Shown one piece after another: positions 32,601-42,147 of a stretch of DNA of 64,000 nt. A program made the position numbers and the translations under genes. Every line of letters begins with the position of its first letter. The first letter of the stretch is position 1. Origin of the DNA: a virus; the IMG/VR virus record IMGVR_UViG_3300045256_000135, positions 1 to 64,000 of that record. The stretch is one strand, 5' to 3'. The notes below the pieces were generated by a model. The model saw nothing but the letters and a program-made list of their open reading frames with translations, did not search any database and had not been told where the DNA came from.

Positions 32601-33074
32601 GGAGCTAAGCGCGAACCAAAGTTCGCAAGCAACCAGACAGTTGATCAGTTGAAGGAATACGCGAAACAACGCGGACTTCAACCTGGCGATCCGAACTCGT
32701 ACTTAGAGCTAGAAGTTCTGAAGCAGTCCGGCGTTCATTCATCGCAGTGGGATCCGCTGATTCGTGAAACCTTGGGTGCTGGAAACCCTGACTTGTTACC
32801 ACTCACAGCATCTGGAGGTGGTGACCTCAACCCTGGTGATCGCTTCAGTGTCACTGAAGACTGTGATGGGTTGGAGCAAGGTGCCAAGGGTGTTGTGATG
32901 CAAGTCCAAGACAAGTCCGTCAAGATCAAACTTGACGGGGACGATAACACCCGCTGGGTGAAGAAGGATCTCCTGAATCAAGACAAAGACAAAGAGTCTG
33001 TTTTGAAGGAGATCGAACAAGGCGACGAGGGTGGCGGCGACGGTGGTGGGCTAGCTGCTCTGATGGGTGGCTGA
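29670..33074 (+). CDS. multidomain putative virion protein: DUF192 + ParB/Srx-like + two Cys/His modules + SH3-like
   Basis: AEICET..RGLQ..AMLFPF..FHMGSVSFPIDIVWL (DUF192); LIPSQ..PLVVRFQGKYYLQTGHTRLGAA (ParB-like). Confidence 0.65.
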   Translation: MRALQLKVGNDTLIAEICETSDEKVRGLQTHPELNEAQAMLFPFGYDESNPLSGPVSTHAFHMGSVSFPIDIVWLVNGKATAVKTVLPGDKQTYTGTANSVLELRGNWCKDRGLGVGMEVSVFVPQRNASKRSGQVRDSYPNIELNPDQKETEQFAVEAGADKPNWCEHHKQNHRSGTTCPFAGGGAKESKPSESISEDGKRSVGLSDAKLAEVDSAIDALPCIDEEDAQSFPNPDPQLYADARAVFKQPGEMRIFGLKPSDVKRAKTLEVSLDKLIPSQSFIPKQGLKAYSRRAPTEEPLVVRFQGKYYLQTGHTRLGAAILRGDQTAKVKVLDFDGKYFDSPRTAEKEAGSSWNPLRSIVEANDEEEELLSHQVLEKAAYRKLAQQFIQIQLPMTAARSFVSLLDLYDRKAGSSTINSAWLDALPTLSFWDRDAVVHSLVSAGFEQATDLLRVAQLNEELVITDKRTPGAVSHTQPQDRFQEHQIPADTPGVGTNHPGPEQTIGYDVSRDPLLDGRVPPIRMSAQLVVEAGADKANWCEKHQQNHRKGTNCPFMSGSESKDQPQMMPKPPKSKAGMPTPEDRVTAQQLDDAIRDAESDEELDQAKADYESAFPTGQRVYADGMGAGRIVDYSGAGPIVEWDSEPGESSTVGYGNGLIAIEDSPEPKSQQKKNQVSPEVLSLSDSIGSIVKSSYGKRLNSPAAQRALVKQVAGKDPALVEKALRHYMFANAPKLTQYERAGWEGLIDSQMKKWAPILAGGQPEAAYVEPDFGPESPNEAQNRRTALNGVQYQSPGVNIPSLLEKIQNQTKPGELSHDDLSPEESKAIDHCIENGLVRQDLNGALYLKTWGKRTLDESIPKKASKADLIEFGPPNEWSGAVAGILGPERRKALEAEWNALSKDEKRKIQEEFSKNFDFNFDVTAVVANHGPGDSDGCDLDEELSPLEKKKISDELKYEWEDLSPLEKKKISDELKYEGAKREPKFASNQTVDQLKEYAKQRGLQPGDPNSYLELEVLKQSGVHSSQWDPLIRETLGAGNPDLLPLTASGGGDLNPGDRFSVTEDCDGLEQGAKGVVMQVQDKSVKIKLDGDDNTRWVKKDLLNQDKDKESVLKEIEQGDEGGGDGGGLAALMGG
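32499..32600 (+). repeat. 57-nt-period in-frame duplication (SPLEKKKISDELKYE x2)
   Basis: Near-identical copies starting at 32499 and 32556. Confidence 0.9.
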
Positions 33075-33090
33075 CAAACTACGGCTAGCT

Positions 33091-33129
33091 CCTTGATTTC
33101 TCGTACTTCATCATTATGATCATTGTATG
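33091..33129 (+). promoter_or_regulatory. promoter P2 (leaderless)
   Basis: TTGATT 33093-98, N16, TATGAT 33115-20, CATTGT, ATG 33127. Confidence 0.85.
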
Positions 33130-33465
33130 GAGAAGCCGATCAAGACGCCACCGATTAAGCTGGCGTATCACTGGAACCAAGTCGAAGACTACATCAAGTT
33201 CAAGACTGGCAAAGACATTCGCGACTGGTCGGGCAAGTACGGTGCGAATGGTACCGATCTGAGTCGCCCGTACCAGGACATGTGGCACTGGTTGGTGTAT
33301 CGGTACGATCTTCACAACGGGTGCTATTTCTGCTTGGACATCTCTGACGAATCGATCAGCTGGGATGATACCGAGCACCTCTTCATCAAGGAGATCCTTG
33401 CTGTTCTGCGGGAGGAGTTTCCTGGAGACATTAAAACCGGTATGAACTGCTGGGTGTCCTGGTAG
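33127..33465 (+). CDS. hypothetical protein (leaderless)
   Basis: ATG directly after P2; YQDMWHWL motif. Confidence 0.7.
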   Translation: MEKPIKTPPIKLAYHWNQVEDYIKFKTGKDIRDWSGKYGANGTDLSRPYQDMWHWLVYRYDLHNGCYFCLDISDESISWDDTEHLFIKEILAVLREEFPGDIKTGMNCWVSW

Positions 33466-34011
33466 AGGTAAACAACATGAAATACAAGATGGTGATTGAA
33501 ATCGAAGTGGACGACGAGGACAAGGTGTTCGAACGTGCCTCTCTGCTTAGTCTTCTTGCTAAGCAGATGATGGAAGAGTCGCACGCAACTCGTGGTTTGT
33601 TCATTTGGGATCAGTTGGTGCAGAGAGGCCCGCAACTGATCACAGACATCGATGGAGATCGTGCTGGACAGTGGCAGGTCTGGAAAGTCGAGAGACTCGG
33701 TGTTCGATCTGCTTGTCAGCAGCGGATAGCACTGTCAGGAGCCGAGGCACAGGCTCTTGAGCACGCTTTGAGCAACTGTGAACGTGAACTCCGCAGAATT
33801 CAGCGCGGTGGTGTCAGGTGAAGAAGGGCACTCGAGTCTGGATTTGTGACGGTTGTGGCAAACGCGAAACGTGGCAAAAGGGTTGGGCTATCTACCAGAA
33901 GTTGAGTCCCTGAAGAACAAACACGAGGACCCCAAGAAGTATCTGCCGCTAGCCGGGTGCTCGGAAGCTTGCTTGAGCAAGGCCCTTGACCAGGTTCTGT
34001 TCATAATCAGT

Positions 34012-34052
34012 CCTTGATTTCTCGATGATCATTATTATGATCATTGTAGGAG
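34012..34052 (+). promoter_or_regulatory. promoter P3 (SD, followed only by a 3-codon ORF)
   Basis: TTGATT 34014-19, N16, TATGAT 34036-41, CATTGT AGGAG, then ATG ACT ACG TAG. Confidence 0.8.
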
Positions 34053-34083
34053 AGAAATGACTACGTAGAAATCAATAGCTCCC

Positions 34084-34353
34084 TCAGTCAACATGGAACG
34101 CAATGAGTTCGGCTAATTGCTCCTCCAAGTCATACTTACCTGTTAGCGAATACACCTCTAGCACAACATAGCCCTCGGTGAGCGTGAAGTGCTCCAAACA
34201 GGTCTCCAAGTCCTGCTCTGAAAACGTCAATACGGGGACATCCACGTGCTTGTCAACTTTTGTGACAAGCATCATATGCCGAGCTTCACGCTGTTTCGCA
34301 TACAACAGCAGGTCTCTGATCTCAGCTTTTCCCACGACTAGCTCCATTCGCAA
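34084..34353 (-). CDS. hypothetical protein; the only convincing minus-strand gene
   Basis: Fills a gap with no good + ORF; ARHMMLV...EVYSL...LEEQLAE reads like a real phage protein. Confidence 0.6.
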   Translation of the reverse strand: MRMELVVGKAEIRDLLLYAKQREARHMMLVTKVDKHVDVPVLTFSEQDLETCLEHFTLTEGYVVLEVYSLTGKYDLEEQLAELIAFHVD

Positions 34354-34385
34354 AAAGCTGATTGTCCGAAGTTATGTAAATCGTT

Positions 34386-34422
34386 CCCTGTTTCGTCTTC
34401 ATCTTATTATGATGATTGTATG
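34386..34422 (+). promoter_or_regulatory. promoter P4 (leaderless, degenerate -35)
   Basis: TATTATGAT GATTGT ATG at 34420. Confidence 0.65.
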
Positions 34423-34778
34423 AACTTCAAGCAAAGGGTTGCCACTCAACTACAGCGGGTCCGGTCTGTGATGTCGAACTCCCGACAATGGTGGTACGAC
34501 GCCATTTACGGACGAGATTCGAACGGATGCTACCCAGATCTGGAAGTGAGTACCTGGTTGGTCAAAGAGCTGATTGCACGGAACTCTCTCGTGGAGCTTG
34601 ATGCAATGCCGGTTGACCAATTGATCAGCAAGATTCAAGAATTCACTGGGGCGAATGAGCAGAAAACGAAAGAAGCACTGTCCTGACACCTGCCTTTGTT
34701 TGTGTCACGACGGGTTCGGGGGAGCTCACCCTGGTAAGAAGTGTCCAGGGAAGGACAAACCACCACCGGAGACGAGCA

Positions 34779-35963
34779 ATGCTGGTTGTCGAAATGATGT
34801 GGGAGTGCACCTACTGCCATCAAGCATCCCGAGGTCGGTTCAAGACCTGTGAGAACTGCAAAGCTCCTCGACATGCAGAAGCCAAAGAATGGATTGCTAA
34901 GGACACCCCTGTTCAAGATACGAAGCTCCTGAAGAAGTTCAAGGCTGGCAAGGACTGGACTTGCCCCTATTGCATGACAGAGCAATTTCGGGCTGATCAG
35001 GTCTGCACTAGTTGTGGTGCAGATTTCAGTCTTGCGGATCCGCAGAAAAAAGCTACCAGCCACACTCCTAAGAAGAAGCAAGAATCCGCGTACCGATCAA
35101 ATGCCCGACCAGCTGAGCAACAGCATAAGGAGAGGCGATCGGTTGCTCCGACAGTCACTGACTGGCCGAAGAAGCCACTCCCACCACTACAGCTCCGCTG
35201 GAAATGTCCCACATGGGTTTTGGTGGCCGCAGGGTCGATCGCACTGATTGGTTTGGCGTTGTTCCTCGGATTTCGAGAGCAGTCCTACACCACTACAGTC
35301 ACTGCAGTTCACTGGGTGCGAACTACAAACGTTGAGAGATATGCTCGAAGGTATTACGAGGGGTGGAGCCCCGACTTTGACGCTGAGGACATTCGGAGCG
35401 AAGGGCAGAGGATCCATCACTACGACCATGTCCTGGTAGGGTACCATTCGGAAACCTACCAGGAGTCTTATTCTTGCGGTCAGGATTGTACGACTCCAGC
35501 TTGCTACACAACCCCTCGGAACTGCACGAGTAACAAGAACGGATCTGCGACTTGCACCGGCGGCGACACTATCTGTCCGCCACGCACTTGCACACCCCGA
35601 ACGTGTTACCGTCCAGCCACCCGACAAGTCGCAGACTACGAAGACCAACCTCGCTACCAAACATGGTATAGCTGGTACAGCTGGAGGTGGGGTTTTCAGC
35701 GAGCAGTGAAGGTCGAGGGATTTGACTCCGACCCGTACTGGCCATCGGACTCTAGTGTGGCTTTGAACCAGTCCACCACTCGCGGGGAGACCGAGCGTGT
35801 TTCTGGCCAGGTTGAGACCTACGAAGTGTTCATGGCTTCCGGAGACAAGGCTTTCACTTACAAGCCCACCTCAGAGTCTGTCTTTAAACAGTTTCCGATC
35901 GGCTCTAAACATAGGATCAAGTACAGTATCCTGATGGGTGTAAGACCGATTACGAGTGAGTGA
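34779..35963 (+). CDS. zinc-ribbon membrane protein with a Cys-rich C-terminal domain
   Basis: WECTYC..CENC..WTCPYC..CTSC, one TM helix, Cys-rich loop. Confidence 0.7.
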   Translation: MLVVEMMWECTYCHQASRGRFKTCENCKAPRHAEAKEWIAKDTPVQDTKLLKKFKAGKDWTCPYCMTEQFRADQVCTSCGADFSLADPQKKATSHTPKKKQESAYRSNARPAEQQHKERRSVAPTVTDWPKKPLPPLQLRWKCPTWVLVAAGSIALIGLALFLGFREQSYTTTVTAVHWVRTTNVERYARRYYEGWSPDFDAEDIRSEGQRIHHYDHVLVGYHSETYQESYSCGQDCTTPACYTTPRNCTSNKNGSATCTGGDTICPPRTCTPRTCYRPATRQVADYEDQPRYQTWYSWYSWRWGFQRAVKVEGFDSDPYWPSDSSVALNQSTTRGETERVSGQVETYEVFMASGDKAFTYKPTSESVFKQFPIGSKHRIKYSILMGVRPITSE

Positions 35964-36657
35964 CTCAATGAAGCTAGTTTGCATCTCTGATACGCATGGG
36001 AAACACCGAGAGCTCGAAATGCCTCCGGGTGACGTGCTAATTCATTGCGGGGACGCTACTGGCAGTGGCGAGCTGGACATCATTCGCGACATGGCCAGGT
36101 GGGGCTTAACACTTCCGTACAAACGAAAGATCTTTGTGCCGGGCAACCACGACTTCTGTTTTGACATCTCGAAGTCACTGTTCAAACGTGATGCAGTAAA
36201 GGTGCTGGAGTCAAAGGGCTGGACCGTGTTGATCGACGGAGTCACCTACCTCCAGCAACCCGGAGAACGAGAGCTCAAGGTGTTTGGCAGTCCTTGGATC
36301 CCAAACCTAACCAACTGGGCATTCTACGACCGGAATCGTGACCAGTTCAGCACTGCTCCCCAGGACATTGACATCCTCGTCACTCACGGACCACCCTTCG
36401 GCATTCGTGATGGTGAAGAAGATGCGGGAGAGTCCGACGGGTGGTGTCACTACGGTAGCAAGCATCTGTTAGCGTATGTGAACCGTTGCTCGCGGTTGCT
36501 ACTGCATACGTTTGGGCATGTCCACCCAATGGGTGGACTAACACGGAACATGGTCCCATGGTTTTGCAATTGTGCTGTTATGGATGCTGAGTACAGGGTT
36601 GCTCGGAATCCAACGGTAATTGATTTGGACGAACTGAGAGGTGGGAATGTGCCTTGA
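35956..36657 (+). CDS. metallophosphoesterase (MPPED-like)
   Basis: ISDTH, HCGD, PGNHD, THGPP, FGHVH. Confidence 0.9.
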   Translation: MSDSMKLVCISDTHGKHRELEMPPGDVLIHCGDATGSGELDIIRDMARWGLTLPYKRKIFVPGNHDFCFDISKSLFKRDAVKVLESKGWTVLIDGVTYLQQPGERELKVFGSPWIPNLTNWAFYDRNRDQFSTAPQDIDILVTHGPPFGIRDGEEDAGESDGWCHYGSKHLLAYVNRCSRLLLHTFGHVHPMGGLTRNMVPWFCNCAVMDAEYRVARNPTVIDLDELRGGNVP

Positions 36658-37228
36658 AGACGTTTGTAGACACATCCCAGATGTTCCGGTAGTAGACATC
36701 ATGTCTGGTGGTGTGCTTGGTTTCAGGTGTGTCTGTGGAGCAGTTGTGAGTTCGCTACAAAAGGAGTTGAACATGAGCGGGATGATGGAGCATGGAGCCA
36801 AGGGTCACGTGGCGGACCAACCGGTCAGTCTCACCCGTGAGTACATGAAGCTGGTGATCGAGCTGTCGTCTGTTGATAGCTTTGCCGTGGTTGTGGAGCA
36901 GAACGCAGTTAAGAAGGGCTTCCGTACACTGGAACCACTTCCGAACAAGGAGAATACTGCTACATTCTGCATTAACGAAGTGGCTGAAGTGGTCGAGTTT
37001 TGGGAAGCATTCAGAACAGATTCGCTCACCAAGCCGTGCGACAAGGCGGAGAAGATGAAGGCACTAGGTTTGCCAGAGCTCACTTGCGCTGAAGAAGAGG
37101 TTGCGGATCTGATCATCAGAGCACTTGATCGGGCTCGTGCGTATAAGGTGGACATCCCCCGAGCGCTCGCCACCAAGCACCTCTACAACACCACCCGAGA
37201 AGAGCTGCATGGCGGAAAGAAAGCCTGA
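36641..37228 (+). CDS. MazG-like NTP pyrophosphohydrolase
   Basis: EVAEVVE..EAFR..EEEVADLIIRALD..KHLYNTTR; start uncertain. Confidence 0.7.
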   Translation: MGMCLEDVCRHIPDVPVVDIMSGGVLGFRCVCGAVVSSLQKELNMSGMMEHGAKGHVADQPVSLTREYMKLVIELSSVDSFAVVVEQNAVKKGFRTLEPLPNKENTATFCINEVAEVVEFWEAFRTDSLTKPCDKAEKMKALGLPELTCAEEEVADLIIRALDRARAYKVDIPRALATKHLYNTTREELHGGKKA

Positions 37229-37742
37229 CGCTCCCTTGGTTGATGTTAGGTACGTTCAAGCGTATCAGCGCTTTCTCGCCACTTCATTTGACGGGTGGAA
37301 GAAGCAGGCACTTGACGCAAAGACGGACCTCTACCAGTGGATCGCCAACCAGCACGCGTTTAGTACACTGTGTAGACGTCACCCGTGTTTCGTATTAGGT
37401 CTAGACGATTGTCACAGTCAGCTCAGTCTGCCAGCTCGGAGACCCGATCCGGCATTTCCGCATTGCTTGGATGCACTCTTGACTCCTGTGTTCAGGTATT
37501 GTTTGCCTGAGATTCAAGAGAAGCTCGATACCTTTAGTGGTTACCGAACGTTTAACAGCACTGACGAAGTTTGGGATGCTGCGAAAGTTTTGCCACCCGC
37601 TTGGGCAACCGCTATGTACATGTTGCATAAGCGAGGTTACGCTGGATGCAACATCCACCAAATCTTTGAAGAGCTCGTAGGCTACCCAAGCTTCGAGGCT
37701 AGTAGTCGGTGTGGGGAGACCGAACGGAGCTGGTTAACGTAA

Positions 37743-37805
37743 GATTTTCGAAAGCATAACTATATACTCGTATTGACTGTTCCTTGGTTAGAGACAGGTT
37801 TACCA
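37743..37805 (+). repeat. dispersed element E2
   Basis: GATTT-N10-AACTATATA-N28-CAGGTTTACCA. Confidence 0.75.
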
Positions 37806-37815
37806 GTCGAGATCG

Positions 37816-39426
37816 GTGAATACGATGAACGCCTACACTCAGTTCAAGAATCGGAAGCGGGCAGAGCGCGAAGTTCTTTTCGAGAAAGTTCGAGACGTTC
37901 TTCACAAGCAAGGGTCTGCCTGGGATCTTGCCGATCGAACGAAGGGCATTGGTAGACCAGGGTCGATGCCAGAGTCGATCACTGCGGCTCTGAACACCAC
38001 ACGTGAATTGCTGAACACGTTTCCGTTTCCGTCCACCCCACGCATTGAGTATGTGGGATCGAAGGTGTTCAAGACTGCGTCTGAAGATCGCTACGCAGCT
38101 ATTGATGAGGGGATCATCATGCTGACAGCTAGCTTCCGAACCCTCTCGGGTGTTCGGAACGAGATCGACATCCCTGTCTACATCAAAGAGGGTCAAGTTG
38201 TTCAGCCATCAGTGTTCCTGAGTGATGGTGTTATTCGCGTGATTGCTCCGAGTAGCATTGATGAGATGGTTCGAAAGGGTACCTTCACCCAGAAGATTCC
38301 AGAGCGGGCTATGTTCTCGCCACCTCTGGCGGGTGTTGCCCCACAGCAGGACATCAAGCAGAGAGTTCGTCTCAACCCCGGGATGTTCACAACGTCAGCT
38401 ACTCGTAAGCTGCTTGCAGCTGCTGTCCGTGGTGATGAGCGAGAGTTCCAGGCAGCTGCAAAGACTGTTTGGCAACTACCTGACCAAATCCCCTGCCCTA
38501 CTTGTGGCAATCGGGCACAGCAAACAATCAGCCTGCAAAGCCCAAACACTCCAACGTACTTTTGCGACATCTGCGATGACTACGTCCCAGAGGACAAGCT
38601 ACCAGAAGAAGCGCGGATTGCTTCGCTGAAGACTGCAGGCGAAGATGAGGAAGACGTTGAGGAGCACAACCTCCCGCCTGCCAAGGGTGACATGGTGTTC
38701 CAGGTCGGGGATCTTGAGACCATCGGAGATCGGGCCTTCGTTGACATCAGCTGGGATCCAGAGATCGCAGAAGGGTTCAGCAACAACGGGCTCAAGCAAG
38801 CGATTCTAAGCTTTGTCAACCAGCGGAGCACGCATAAGGAGCATCGTGACTGGGGAATGGTTGCGGACGTGCAGCTTGAGGAGTTGGACACAGACAAGGG
38901 AGAAGCAATTGTCAGTTTCAAGTCAAGTGAAATTGCTGCTCCACAGCTCGCTCCAGCGAAGTTGGAAGCACGTAAGGTTGCCGAAGAGAAACCAGAAGAC
39001 GGAGCTCTACTTAGTCAGGTAGACAGTGAACATCAGCCAGCTGAAAGAGATCACACAGACGACTTTCATGTTGGAGATGAGGTGAAGCTATCAGAGAAGT
39101 ACACAGTCAAGGGCCGTGGTGGTGGGATGGTGACATTAGACGCCAGCTCTAAGGGAGTGGTTATCACCGACAAGTTCGGTGATGGTCAGGTGTTCACTGT
39201 CGACTTCGATGGCGTGAAGGCTGATGTGAAGAAGGACTTCCTCAAGAAGGCTTCTGCTGGTGTAGACGTTCGAAAGATTGTTGCAGAGATCAAGTCATTG
39301 CGAGAGTATGGCTACAGCCCCATTGACGTGATCCAGGTTGCTCGGGAGCGCTACGGAACGCTTGGAGAGCAAGCCTTGAAGCAAGCGAAGGCAAAGGGCC
39401 TTCTGCAGTGGAACATGGAAGGGTGA
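37816..39426 (+). CDS. putative virion/internal head protein
   Basis: Modules separated by KTA/KVA/KKA; CPTC..CDIC; SH3-like FHVGDEVKL. Confidence 0.5.
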   Translation: MNTMNAYTQFKNRKRAEREVLFEKVRDVLHKQGSAWDLADRTKGIGRPGSMPESITAALNTTRELLNTFPFPSTPRIEYVGSKVFKTASEDRYAAIDEGIIMLTASFRTLSGVRNEIDIPVYIKEGQVVQPSVFLSDGVIRVIAPSSIDEMVRKGTFTQKIPERAMFSPPLAGVAPQQDIKQRVRLNPGMFTTSATRKLLAAAVRGDEREFQAAAKTVWQLPDQIPCPTCGNRAQQTISLQSPNTPTYFCDICDDYVPEDKLPEEARIASLKTAGEDEEDVEEHNLPPAKGDMVFQVGDLETIGDRAFVDISWDPEIAEGFSNNGLKQAILSFVNQRSTHKEHRDWGMVADVQLEELDTDKGEAIVSFKSSEIAAPQLAPAKLEARKVAEEKPEDGALLSQVDSEHQPAERDHTDDFHVGDEVKLSEKYTVKGRGGGMVTLDASSKGVVITDKFGDGQVFTVDFDGVKADVKKDFLKKASAGVDVRKIVAEIKSLREYGYSPIDVIQVARERYGTLGEQALKQAKAKGLLQWNMEG

Positions 39427-39427
39427 G

Positions 39428-40207
39428 ATGCTACTTCAAGTCGGAGCAAAAGGTCCTGAGGTGCTAGCTTGGCAGGTTTTCCTTAACCAGCTCGGCTACG
39501 CAGTACCACCCCTTACTGCTGACGGGGACTTTGGACAGAAGACTAAGCTAGCTACTATCGAGTTTCAGAAGCGATTCAAGCTAGATGCTGATGGTATCGT
39601 GGGTCCGACCACGAGAGCTGTTGCTGCTGGGCTCGGATTCGCTGATACAAAACCAGCCCTCAGCAAGTACCCTTTCGTCCAATCCCTATACTTCACACCA
39701 GCCAATCGACAGACTGTAGACCTGGTAGTCATCCACACGATGGAGAATCAAGAGACTCCAGGACAGGCGATGAATGTTGCGAACTGGTTTGCGAATAAGT
39801 ACGCACCGAAGTTCCCTTCTCCAAGAGCTTCGTGTCACTACTGCGTAGACAACAAAGAGATTGTCCAATGCGTACTTGAACGCGATGTTGCTTGGCATGC
39901 AGACGCGGCGAACAGGAACGGGATTGGGATTGAGCATTCCGGGCGGGCAGCCCAATCAGTCACCGATTGGGCAGACGACTACTCTACTGCTCAACTACAG
40001 CTGAGCGCAAAGCTTACTGCTGAGATTTGCAAGCGGTACAACATTCCTGTTGTTTGGTTGAAAGCAGCTGAGCTGAAAGCTGGAAAGCGTGGGATCACTG
40101 GGCACGGCGATGTCACGCAAGCTTACCGAATCGGAAATCACACAGATCCTGGACCCAACTTCCCCATCGTTGGGTATCTAGATCTTGTGAAGGCTCAAAT
40201 GGGGTGA
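39428..40207 (+). CDS. endolysin: peptidoglycan-binding domain + N-acetylmuramoyl-L-alanine amidase
   Basis: ADGDFGQKT..ADGIVGPTT; VVIHTME, SCHY, VAWHA, GIGIEH, GITGH, HTDPG. Confidence 0.92.
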   Translation: MLLQVGAKGPEVLAWQVFLNQLGYAVPPLTADGDFGQKTKLATIEFQKRFKLDADGIVGPTTRAVAAGLGFADTKPALSKYPFVQSLYFTPANRQTVDLVVIHTMENQETPGQAMNVANWFANKYAPKFPSPRASCHYCVDNKEIVQCVLERDVAWHADAANRNGIGIEHSGRAAQSVTDWADDYSTAQLQLSAKLTAEICKRYNIPVVWLKAAELKAGKRGITGHGDVTQAYRIGNHTDPGPNFPIVGYLDLVKAQMG

Positions 40208-40424
40208 GCTGTGGAACGTCGAGCTCCAAGTGGTGGTTATCGACTTGGCTTGGCTGACTGTCCACATTGCAAAGCTACTGGGGTGGAGCCACCGCCAGAG
40301 GGTTTTTCAGTTACGTCCGAAGGGACTGTTAACGGTGGCACAAAGTGTACGTTTTGTGGCGGTGCTAAGCGTGTTGAATTGTCTAGGTTCAACACGTACA
40401 TAGGGCTGAAATAGGGAGCAACTC

Positions 40425-41198
40425 ATGAGCTTTGGACGAGGGTGGTGCCAAGACCCACCGATAGCAAGATTCAGACGGTTCGGATCGCCTTTGTCAACCT
40501 CCAGCTTGCCACTGAGCTCGCCAACCCGATTGTTTGAAGCTGCTAAGATCGGGAATCAGAAGCAAACTTCAAGCTGTGTTGGCTGGGCAGCTGCTCAAGC
40601 TATGTACACCTTCATGAAGGTGCATCATCAAGTTGACATCTTTCCCTCAGTACTGGGGCTGTACGGGTTAGGTCGGATTAGAGGTGGGGAGAGTATTCAG
40701 CACGGGAAACTTGTAGATGCTGGGAGCTTCCCAATTGCAGTGGTTGAAGCTAGCATGGACTGGGGTGTTCTAAGTTCGGAAGATCTCGAATTTGACGATG
40801 AGAAGATCAATGAACCTGTACCATGGGATTTGGTACAAAAAGCCTCAGTTCAACTGTCGAGTTGGCAAAGGTTTGGTTGGGATCTGTCTACCCGCGAAGC
40901 TGAGATCAAGTCCTATCTAGCTGCTGAAACACCGGTAATGTTCGGCATGCAGGTTACGGATGAGTACGAGCGCCTTAGAAGCGACCAGGTCTATGATGGC
41001 GATTCTGGCTTTTATAAGGGCGGTCACATGCAATGCATTGTCGCGTATGAAGAGGGTGTGGCAGTGGTTGCAGGTAGCTGGGGAACGAGTTTCGCGAACA
41101 AAGGTTTTGCACGAATCACATTCAGGGAGCTTTGTAGCTCACATCAGTACTCGGACTTCTACGCAATCAACAGCGCTCCACAATTAGGTAAGTCATGA
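40425..41198 (+). CDS. papain-like (C1) cysteine peptidase
   Basis: NQKQTSSCVGWA, GGHMQCIVAY, GSWG (canonically NSWG). Confidence 0.8.
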   Translation: MSFGRGWCQDPPIARFRRFGSPLSTSSLPLSSPTRLFEAAKIGNQKQTSSCVGWAAAQAMYTFMKVHHQVDIFPSVLGLYGLGRIRGGESIQHGKLVDAGSFPIAVVEASMDWGVLSSEDLEFDDEKINEPVPWDLVQKASVQLSSWQRFGWDLSTREAEIKSYLAAETPVMFGMQVTDEYERLRSDQVYDGDSGFYKGGHMQCIVAYEEGVAVVAGSWGTSFANKGFARITFRELCSSHQYSDFYAINSAPQLGKS

Positions 41199-41881
41199 GC
41201 TCATCAGACATCTGGGTTGTTATCCATCCCGAAGTTACAGCACTTTCGGTAGTGCAAGTGCGACAGATGATGTCGGCAGTGCAAAAGCAACTCACACGGG
41301 ACTTTTGCCCTGCTTGGGATTTGAAATCTGTGAAGCTACACGGTCCGACAACTCCAAAACTCGTACCGTCTGGCGTTCGACAACTGGTGTTTCTCAATGA
41401 CGCAGACTCACCTGGGGCGCTTGGGTACCATTCGGACGACACCAGCGATGCTCCTGTGGGGAAGGTTTTTGTCAAAACCATCATGAAGTACAACGCGTCT
41501 GTCTCTGTCACCTTCTCGCACGAGGTGTTAGAGATGGTTGCAGACGCTTGGGCAAACTACTGGGCGGACAATGGCAAATCGACTCTGTACGCTCTGGAGG
41601 TCTGTGATCCTGTAGAGGAGCAAACCTACAAGGTGGGGACTGTGGATGTCTCCAACTTCGTTTTGCCCAGCTATTTTGATGCTACAGTTGAGGCGGGCTG
41701 TTCCAAGTTTGATTTCCTATCAAGCTTGAAGGCACCGTTTAGCCTAGCGTCTGGCGGGTACGTGATAAAGCAAGCGGGTGGGAAGATCACCCAGCAGTTT
41801 GCCAAAGCGTATCCAGCATGGCGAAAGCGGATGAAGAAGTTGGGCAAGAGTCGATCTGCTAAGCGAGGAGCTTTGAAATGA
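41195..41881 (+). CDS. putative zinc metallopeptidase-like protein
   Basis: ALGYH, SHEVLEMVAD, EVCDPV, VSNFV. Confidence 0.55.
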   Translation: MSSSDIWVVIHPEVTALSVVQVRQMMSAVQKQLTRDFCPAWDLKSVKLHGPTTPKLVPSGVRQLVFLNDADSPGALGYHSDDTSDAPVGKVFVKTIMKYNASVSVTFSHEVLEMVADAWANYWADNGKSTLYALEVCDPVEEQTYKVGTVDVSNFVLPSYFDATVEAGCSKFDFLSSLKAPFSLASGGYVIKQAGGKITQQFAKAYPAWRKRMKKLGKSRSAKRGALK

Positions 41882-42147
41882 AGTGGGCAATTGCTATAGT
41901 CGCATTTCTCATTGCTTGTGAAGGCCCGGCGGTAAAGCCAGCTACCGGGCCAGGCACTGAGTACCCCTGCGGAGTTCGTGGCATCTCTTGCGGCAATCAC
42001 ATGTGTTGCTGGGAAGGAGACGAATGTGGCTCCGACAGACCTGGTAGCACATGTCCAGCCGATATGTGCTGTTGGGTAGGCACACCCGGTGGATTTTCAG
42101 CGCGGAGAACAGTTACACCCTACCACCAGATTCAGGACAAACGATGA
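41878..42147 (+). CDS. Cys-rich lipoprotein
   Basis: Signal MKWAIAIVAFLIAC with lipobox; many Cys. Confidence 0.7.
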   Translation: MKWAIAIVAFLIACEGPAVKPATGPGTEYPCGVRGISCGNHMCCWEGDECGSDRPGSTCPADMCCWVGTPGGFSARRTVTPYHQIQDKR

